Shown here: piece by piece, positions 57,654 through 64,000 of the stretch
How the letters are laid out: each line of letters starts with the position of its first letter
How positions within the stretch are numbered: position 1 is the first letter of the stretch
Sequence record: PV745554.1
Reading direction: 5' to 3' (one strand)
Length of the DNA: 64,000 nucleotides
Position numbers and translations under genes: made by a program
The notes under the pieces: generated by a model
Told to the model about the DNA's origin: nothing
The model's database searches: none
The model's input: only the letters and a program-made list of their open reading frames with translations

Positions 57654-57728
57654 TTCCGCGAAGTCTAGGGTAGGTTCACCACACTTGCGATGCAGGGCCG
57701 GGTCGGCGCGCTCGCTACCCTTCCTTTT

Positions 57729-57752
57729 GTCACAAAACCCTGGATTGGTGAC
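57729..57752. promoter_or_regulatory. 24-bp operator-like palindrome
   Basis: GTCACAAAACCCTGGATTGGTGAC, 6 nt before the tail tube ATG. Confidence 0.65.
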
Positions 57753-57758
57753 CTGCAC

Positions 57759-59591
57759 ATGGCTGCATCGTTCTTCGCCGACTCCAACCGCGCGCGGATG
57801 CGCTACATCAAGGAAAACAACGTCATCTGGGGTGTCACCCCGGCGACGGGCGTTTCCCGCGAACTGCGGTACACCGGCTCCACCGTCAACGCCCAGAAGG
57901 ACACGACCCTCTCGGAAGAAATCCGTGCTGACCGCATGGTGTCCGAGATCGTCGAGGTCGCTGCGCGCACCACTGGCGAAATCAACGTCGAATTCTCGGC
58001 TGGCTCGCACGACGACCTGCTCGAAGCCTTCATGTACGGCGCGTGGACGCGCCCGATGACCTTCGACTCGGTCCAGGGCGTCTCGCTCGAATGGTCCGAC
58101 ACCGACACCCTGTACGTCAAGGGCAAGGACGTCACCCCCTACTTCTTCGCGGGCCGCCGCGTCCGCACGCAGGGCTTCATCAACGTCGCGAACAACGGCT
58201 ACTGGCAGATCGCCACGATCACGTTCAACGCCGGCGCCAACCGCACCGAGATCAACATGTCCGCGTCGACGGCTGTCGCCGAGCGCGGCACCGCCTACTC
58301 GGCGATGTATGACGCCAACGACGTCATCGTCCTGAACAACGTCGCGATCCGCGCGGGCACCTCGGGCGAAGCTGCGTTCGACTCCAACGGCACCAACGCC
58401 TTCGCCGCCGCGATCGCTGCCGGCCAACTGCTGGTCGGTCAGAAGATTTTCGTCGAGGGCCTGGGCTTCGAGACGGGCACCGTCACCCTGGCTGATCTGC
58501 CGGCGGCTGGCGCGCGCGTCAAGATCGCCGACGGCGCCAAGGACGTCACCTTCCAATTCGGCGGCAGCGCCTCCCAGCCGATCGTCGTCGTGCCCCTGGG
58601 CACCGACGAAATCGACACCGCCCAGAACCTCGCTGACGCCATCAACAAGCTGCGCGTCCGCAAGCAACTGGAAGTGGGGGCCTCGGCCGCTGCCGGCGTC
58701 GTGACGCTGCGCAACCTGCTGGTGACGGGCGGCTCGGTCACCGAGACCGTCGCCGACGCCAACGTGACCGTCGCCAACTTCTCGGGCGGCAACGCCACGG
58801 TGCGCGGCATCTTCACCATCGAGTCGCTGACCGATGACAAGATCGGCGTCAACCCGGCTCCGACCACGCTGAACAACTCGACGGCCAAGGTCAACATCAA
58901 GGCCTCGACCCTGCGCAACCCGTCCGACCCGGACGTCATCACCGCGCAGTCGTTCACCTTCGAGACCGGCTTCGAAGACGTCGACCAATACTACCTCGCC
59001 GACGGCATGCGGATCGGTACGATCGGCCTGAACATCGCGGCCAACTCGATCCTGACGGGCTCCTACGGCCTGCAAGGTCGCGCCTCGACCCGCCAGAACG
59101 AGACCAAGCTGGGCGCTTCGCCCTACGTTGCGCTCCAGACGACCGCGACCCCGGTGGCCAACGCCACGGTCAACGTCGGCAAGATCGCGATGAACGGCGA
59201 GGAACTCTCGACGGCCGTCCAGTCGATCGCCATCAACGGCACGAACAACCTGCGCGACCAGATGGCCGTGGGCTACAAGTTCCCCGCCGGCATCGGCGCG
59301 GGCCGGATGGAAATCTCGGGCTCGCTGGTCGCCTACTTCGCTGACGGCAACCTGTGGGACAAGTTCATCAACCACGAGACCGTCTCGGTGAGCTTCCCGC
59401 TGACCGACGTGCTGGGCAACCACTACGAGTTCACGATCCCGGCGGCGAACTTCTCGACCGACACCGTGAACCCGGCCGGCGGCAACCAGGACATCATGGA
59501 GAACCTGGAGTACACCGCCAAGCGCGACCCGGTCACCGACTGCCAGTTCCAGATCGACCGCTACTCCTCGATCTTCGCGAACACGAACTAA
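57759..59591 (+). CDS. Major tail tube protein
   Basis: 610 aa; RYIKE...WGVTP...LRYTGSTVN...SEEIRADR...GEINVEFS N-terminus and GRMEISGSLVAYF C-terminus (Phage_tube_2-like). Confidence 0.88.
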   Translation: MAASFFADSNRARMRYIKENNVIWGVTPATGVSRELRYTGSTVNAQKDTTLSEEIRADRMVSEIVEVAARTTGEINVEFSAGSHDDLLEAFMYGAWTRPMTFDSVQGVSLEWSDTDTLYVKGKDVTPYFFAGRRVRTQGFINVANNGYWQIATITFNAGANRTEINMSASTAVAERGTAYSAMYDANDVIVLNNVAIRAGTSGEAAFDSNGTNAFAAAIAAGQLLVGQKIFVEGLGFETGTVTLADLPAAGARVKIADGAKDVTFQFGGSASQPIVVVPLGTDEIDTAQNLADAINKLRVRKQLEVGASAAAGVVTLRNLLVTGGSVTETVADANVTVANFSGGNATVRGIFTIESLTDDKIGVNPAPTTLNNSTAKVNIKASTLRNPSDPDVITAQSFTFETGFEDVDQYYLADGMRIGTIGLNIAANSILTGSYGLQGRASTRQNETKLGASPYVALQTTATPVANATVNVGKIAMNGEELSTAVQSIAINGTNNLRDQMAVGYKFPAGIGAGRMEISGSLVAYFADGNLWDKFINHETVSVSFPLTDVLGNHYEFTIPAANFSTDTVNPAGGNQDIMENLEYTAKRDPVTDCQFQIDRYSSIFANTN

Positions 59592-59598
59592 GGGCTAT

Positions 59599-59622
59599 GT
59601 CACGATTCCCCCGGATCGTGAC
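59599..59622. promoter_or_regulatory. 24-bp operator-like palindrome
   Basis: GTCACGATTCCCCCGGATCGTGAC. Confidence 0.62.
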
Positions 59623-59730
59623 AGCCCCCTCCAGCTTCCCCCGATAGACGAACGTCCACAGGACAGTTGTCTCAGCGCTGAGCACGGGCCGCCCGGAAAT
59701 CGGGGCCGGGCGGCCCACCCTCCCCGATAC

Positions 59731-60174
59731 ATGGACTCCCCGAAAATGACCGACAAGATCAAGATCGACATGCTGGACCTCTTCTCGACCGACCGCGAGT
59801 CGGAAGAAGCCGGCACCTGGATTTTCCTGGACGAGGCCGAGGAAGTCGGCTTCAAGATTCGCGCTCTGGGCGCCAAGGCCGTCCTGGACCTGCGCGACGA
59901 CCTGACCAAGAAGTACCAGTCCCTGCTCCGGGCCGGCGGCAAGCTGCCCGACGAGAAGGTCGAAGAAATCAACCTGAAGGTCATCGCCGGCGGCGTGCTG
60001 GCGGACTGGAAGGGCATCGTGGTCGGTGGGGAGGAAGTTCCCTACAGCCCCGACAACGCCTATGCGGTCCTGAGCAACCCGAAGCTGGGCAAGATGGCCG
60101 GCTTCATCGCCCAGCACTCGACGGACGCCCAGAACTATCGTGACGGCACCCGCGAGGACGCCGCAAAAAACTAA
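59731..60174 (+). CDS. Tail assembly chaperone (G-like)
   Basis: Between tube and tape measure genes; LADWKGIV...VPYSPDNA; ends at a slippery site. Confidence 0.85.
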   Translation: MDSPKMTDKIKIDMLDLFSTDRESEEAGTWIFLDEAEEVGFKIRALGAKAVLDLRDDLTKKYQSLLRAGGKLPDEKVEEINLKVIAGGVLADWKGIVVGGEEVPYSPDNAYAVLSNPKLGKMAGFIAQHSTDAQNYRDGTREDAAKN

Positions 60175-60626
60175 CGGCGGCTCTTGAGTTCGCGCTGAAC
60201 CAGAAGCAGGGCGGGAGCGGCCGAGTCAAATCGGCCGCCAAGTCCAACGAGTCCACCGACGATTGGCTCGCCCGCTTCAAGCAGCAGAAGGCTTCGGTCC
60301 CTGACCCCGAGGATGAAGCCGAGGACTCCGAGCCGCAGGGGGTCCAGCCCTATCCCGACCTGATGTGGGTCTGGGACGGCTTCTGGCGCCTCTCCAACAA
60401 ACGCCCTCAAGGCATGGCCGGCCCGGCGCGGATTCCCACCTCGGAGATCGAGGCTTTCACCCGCATCCGCCGCTGGGGCTACGCCAAAAGCAACGAGTTC
60501 CTCTACTTCGTTGACCTGATGGATGAGGTCTACATGGCCTACGTCGCAAAGGTCCTCGAAGAGCAGGAGCGGCAACGAGAAACCGCCAGCCAGAAGCCCC
60601 AGACCCATAGACGGGGCCGCCGATAG
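60165..60626 (+). CDS. Tail assembly chaperone -1 frameshift extension (GT-like)
   Basis: A-AAA-AAC heptamer at 60165-60171; the -1 frame is open from there to 60626 (...WDGFWRLSNKR...IPTSEIEAF). Confidence 0.85.
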   Translation, partial: KKLTAALEFALNQKQGGSGRVKSAAKSNESTDDWLARFKQQKASVPDPEDEAEDSEPQGVQPYPDLMWVWDGFWRLSNKRPQGMAGPARIPTSEIEAFTRIRRWGYAKSNEFLYFVDLMDEVYMAYVAKVLEEQERQRETASQKPQTHRRGRR

Positions 60627-60631
60627 GATCA

Positions 60632-63600
60632 ATGGACAGCGAAGCCCTCAAGCTTAAGATCGACTCTTCGCAGGCGCGCCAGGACCTGGATGCGCTTGCG
60701 CGGAGCCTCGACCGTGCTTCCAAGGCCGCCGGCTCCATGCAGTCGAACCTCGCCAAGGGGGTCGACAAGTCCAACGACGCGCTGGTGCGCGGCGCCAAGA
60801 ACATCGAGAAGTTCGCCCGCGTCACCGCCGAACTCTCGAAGGTCAAGCTCTCGGGCGATCCCGCCAAGCAGTTGACCGAATTCGCCAACGCCGTCTCGGC
60901 CGTGGCGCGCGCGCGGGAAATCTCCGCCGCCAAGCTGACCGGCCTGTCGAAGTTTGTCCAGGTCGGCGCCCAAATCTCCAAGCTCAAGTTCAGCGCCGAG
61001 TCGTTCTCGGGGCTGCGCGCCTTCACCCAGGCGATGGACGAGGCCGGCCGCGCGCGCGCCGTCTCGGGCGCCAAGCTGAAGGCCTGGGTCGATTTCATCG
61101 ACGTCTCGGCGCGCGCCTCGCGCCTGCGCTTCCCCTCTCAGACCACCTCGTCGATCAAGGCGCTGGCCGAGGCCATGGACGCCATCGCCAAGGTGCGCAC
61201 GCTCAGCCCCTCGCGGCTGGCCTCGATCAAGGAAATGTTCACCGTCCTGGCTTCGGCCAAGGGCATCAACGGCGCCAACGGCATCGCTCGGGACCTCGAC
61301 GCCATCGCCGGCGCGGCGACGCGCGCGGCCAAGGCGATGAACGAACTGAAGGGCGCGCGCTCGGGCATGGGCGGCGCGCGCGGCTCGGGTGGTGGAAGTG
61401 GCGGGATCAGCGCCGGCTCGGCCGCGACCGTCAAGCGCTTCAACGAAGAGGTCGCCAAGACCTCCCAGCACACCGCCACCGCCAAGAAGGGCCTCACGGG
61501 TCTGGGCGAGGGCCTGACGGGTCTGTCGGGCCGGTTCAACCTCGCCTATCAGGCCGGGACGCTGTTCAGCGCCATGTTCTCCTCGTTCACCTTCGGCGGG
61601 CTGATCAAGGGCATCTACGACACCTCGGTCTCGTTCCAGAAGCTGAACAAGGCCATGCTGTTCGTCACCGGCACCTATGACGGCGCCAAGAAGGCGTCGC
61701 AGGACTTCATCGACATCTCGGTGCAACTGGGCGCATCCGTCGAGGACAACGCCGACGCCTACTCGCGCTTCGCCATCTCGTCGGCCGCCGCCGGCCTGAA
61801 GCTGAACGACGTCAACAAGATTTACAAGTCGACCCAACTCGCCCTGACCGCCGTCGGCGCGAATAGCGAACAGGTCGGCTACGCCTTCTACGGCCTGTCG
61901 CAAGCCATGGCCAAGGGCAAGATTTCGTCCGAAGAGTTCAACCGCCAGATCGGCGAGCAAATCCCCGGCAACGCCCAGGCGGGTGCGCGCGCCCTGTCGA
62001 AGCTGACGGGCCAGCAGAAGTCGGTCGCCGACCTCTTCGACGAGATGCGCAAGGGCACGCTCCAGTCCGCGCCGTTCCTGAAGGCCTGGGCCGATGAAGT
62101 CAGCCGCATGTTCGCGCCGCTGCTGCCGGAAGCTGAGAAGCGCCCCGACTTCCAACTGAACAAGGTCAAGACCGCCTTCTCCCTGTGGAAGAAGGAAGTG
62201 GGCCAGTCGCAGTTCATCGGCGCCCTCACCACGCAGTTCAAGCGCCTGTCGGACATGCTCATCGTGGTCAAGGGCGACCACTACGTCCTGACCGATCGCG
62301 GCAAGAAGCTGGCTGACTCGTTCGGCAAGGGTCTGGCCCAGGCCGTCAACATCCTGGGCAACGCCCTGGCGTGGCTGGCGGACAACATGGACAAGGTCGT
62401 GTCGGTGATCAAGGTCATCGGCGCCCTGGCGATCGGCAATGAGTTCGCCAAGTGGGGCTCCCAGGTCGCCAAGTTCGCCGACAACATGCTGGGCGTGAAG
62501 AAGGCGATCGAGGAAGTCTCGGCCGCTGAGTCGACCGCCCAGGCCAAGCGCGCCGTCGTCAACAAGTCCGGCGCGGTCAACACCGCCGCGTCGCTGGCGA
62601 CCGATCGCATGGCGATGGCGACCAACCGCAGCCGTGACGCCGTCATGGGCGGCACCTTCGTGGGCTCGGCCGCCGCGCCGGCCGTGCGTCAGGCTCCGGC
62701 CTTCTCGCAACTGTCCTACCTGACCGGCGCTCCGACGGAGGCTGCGCGCGGACGCGCGACCTTCGGCCAGCGCCAGCCCTTCACCGGCAACTCCACCTTC
62801 GACGCGCGCCCGGCCGCGCGCGGTAACATGCTGGGCGGCCTGATGGGCGCGGCAAGCGCCGGCGCTGCCACGGCGGCGACCACCGCGTTCAGCGGCCTGC
62901 GTAAGGTCATCAACCTCCTGCCCGGCGTTGCGCTGACGGCGGCCGTTGCCCTGGCGATCTTCGGCAACAGCATGACCAAGCTGAACGACAAGGCCGTCTC
63001 CTACAACAACATCGCCGCCGGCGCCCTGGGCACGGCAGGCGATCAGGTTGGCATGGGCCTGACCGGGCTGTTCAACGGCATCCGGGGCCTGCTGGGCGCC
63101 CAGCAGAAGGCCGCCGGCACCGGCGACTGGCTGGTCGACATCTCCGCCTCGCTGATCGTCTTCGGCAAGACCATCTTCACCCTGGCCTCGACCCTGGGCA
63201 AAATCCTCGGCACGATGATGTCCAACATCATCATCCCCTGGATCGACCTGGGTCAGAAGCTGTCCTCGGGCGACCTGAAGGGCGCTGCGGCGGCCTCGGG
63301 TGAAATCCTGCTGGGTCAGTTCGGCAAGGAGAGCCGCAAGCGCTGGGGTGACCTGGGCAAGGAACTGGGTCAGGACTGGGGCAAGGCCCTGGACTACGCG
63401 GGCACGCGCAAGTCGATCGTCGACGGCGCCCTGAAGTCGGCCGCCGGCGACACGGCCGCCACGCAAGGCGCCAACGCCGCCCAGAAGATGACGGAAGCGG
63501 CCCTCGCCCAGATGAAGGCCGCCGACGATCAGGCCCTGGCTGCGGCTGACCTGAAGGACGCCACGGCGAACTTCAAGAAGGACCTCGCGCCGCTCAACTT

Positions 63601-64000
63601 CAACGACCTCTTCAAGCGCGCCCAGGCCCTGGCCGACGGCACCTTCCAGCGCACGGCCGCCGCCTCCAAGCCGGGCAGCGCGCTGATGGCTCCGTCGCCG
63701 GCGCAGACCCAGGCCAATGCCGCTGCCGTCAAGGCGACCATCGCCTCGATGGGCGATCGCGTGTACGCGACGGCTGGCCAGCACATGGGGCAGACCGCCG
63801 CCAAGGACGGCGCCTCGCTGCAAGCCTACTTCAAGGCCAACGGCGTCACCATCGACCCCAAGAAGTTGTCCTGGTGCGCGGCCTTCGTCAACGCGGTCCT
63901 GGCTCAAAACGGTCTCTCGGGCACGGGCTCGCTCGCGGCGTCGTCGTTCAAGGACTACGGCTCGGAAGTCAGCCGCGCCGACGCCAAGAAGGGCGACATC
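60632..64000 (+). CDS. Tape measure protein (3'-partial) with a CHAP-like domain starting at the edge
   Basis: MDSEALKLKIDSSQA...; tape-measure motif LSQAMAKGKISSEEFNRQIGEQIPG; SWCAAFVNAVLAQNGLSGTGSLAASSF near 63870; no stop before the window end. Confidence 0.92.
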   Translation, partial: MDSEALKLKIDSSQARQDLDALARSLDRASKAAGSMQSNLAKGVDKSNDALVRGAKNIEKFARVTAELSKVKLSGDPAKQLTEFANAVSAVARAREISAAKLTGLSKFVQVGAQISKLKFSAESFSGLRAFTQAMDEAGRARAVSGAKLKAWVDFIDVSARASRLRFPSQTTSSIKALAEAMDAIAKVRTLSPSRLASIKEMFTVLASAKGINGANGIARDLDAIAGAATRAAKAMNELKGARSGMGGARGSGGGSGGISAGSAATVKRFNEEVAKTSQHTATAKKGLTGLGEGLTGLSGRFNLAYQAGTLFSAMFSSFTFGGLIKGIYDTSVSFQKLNKAMLFVTGTYDGAKKASQDFIDISVQLGASVEDNADAYSRFAISSAAAGLKLNDVNKIYKSTQLALTAVGANSEQVGYAFYGLSQAMAKGKISSEEFNRQIGEQIPGNAQAGARALSKLTGQQKSVADLFDEMRKGTLQSAPFLKAWADEVSRMFAPLLPEAEKRPDFQLNKVKTAFSLWKKEVGQSQFIGALTTQFKRLSDMLIVVKGDHYVLTDRGKKLADSFGKGLAQAVNILGNALAWLADNMDKVVSVIKVIGALAIGNEFAKWGSQVAKFADNMLGVKKAIEEVSAAESTAQAKRAVVNKSGAVNTAASLATDRMAMATNRSRDAVMGGTFVGSAAAPAVRQAPAFSQLSYLTGAPTEAARGRATFGQRQPFTGNSTFDARPAARGNMLGGLMGAASAGAATAATTAFSGLRKVINLLPGVALTAAVALAIFGNSMTKLNDKAVSYNNIAAGALGTAGDQVGMGLTGLFNGIRGLLGAQQKAAGTGDWLVDISASLIVFGKTIFTLASTLGKILGTMMSNIIIPWIDLGQKLSSGDLKGAAAASGEILLGQFGKESRKRWGDLGKELGQDWGKALDYAGTRKSIVDGALKSAAGDTAATQGANAAQKMTEAALAQMKAADDQALAAADLKDATANFKKDLAPLNFNDLFKRAQALADGTFQRTAAASKPGSALMAPSPAQTQANAAAVKATIASMGDRVYATAGQHMGQTAAKDGASLQAYFKANGVTIDPKKLSWCAAFVNAVLAQNGLSGTGSLAASSFKDYGSEVSRADAKKGDI

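Overview
This window is a 64-kb, GC-rich segment of a large tailed-phage genome. Gene order, a ~31-tRNA cluster and numerous CtrA-type TTAA-N7-TTAA boxes point to a phiCbK-like Caulobacter siphophage (inferred, no database search run). Left to right it contains: (1) the 3' end of terL; (2) three dense repeat arrays (0.8-2.3 kb); (3) a ~9-kb module of small early genes, most behind a CtrA-box promoter (probable terminal-repeat / first-entering DNA); (4) ~9 kb of small accessory genes; (5) portal, more accessory and nucleotide-metabolism genes, scaffold, major and minor capsid, and a 2805-aa Gly-rich fibre with companions; (6) 31 tRNA genes; (7) phoH, neck and tail genes, a -1 frameshifted tail chaperone, and a tape measure protein running off the right edge. 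Nearly all real genes are on the + strand. Main discovery: three tRNA sub-operons each follow a similar sigma70-type promoter and a short leader ORF. In two of them the leader is built almost entirely from codons read by the tRNAs just downstream, and it is followed by mutually exclusive antiterminator and terminator hairpins. This looks like a ribosome-mediated attenuator that switches on phage tRNA genes when those tRNAs run short. Also notable: a Tat-signal-fused copy of the C-terminal half of the major capsid protein, a truncated scaffold paralog, a GANTC-containing late-promoter motif, a 24-bp operator-like palindrome, and apparent avoidance of CTCGAG and CTGCAG.
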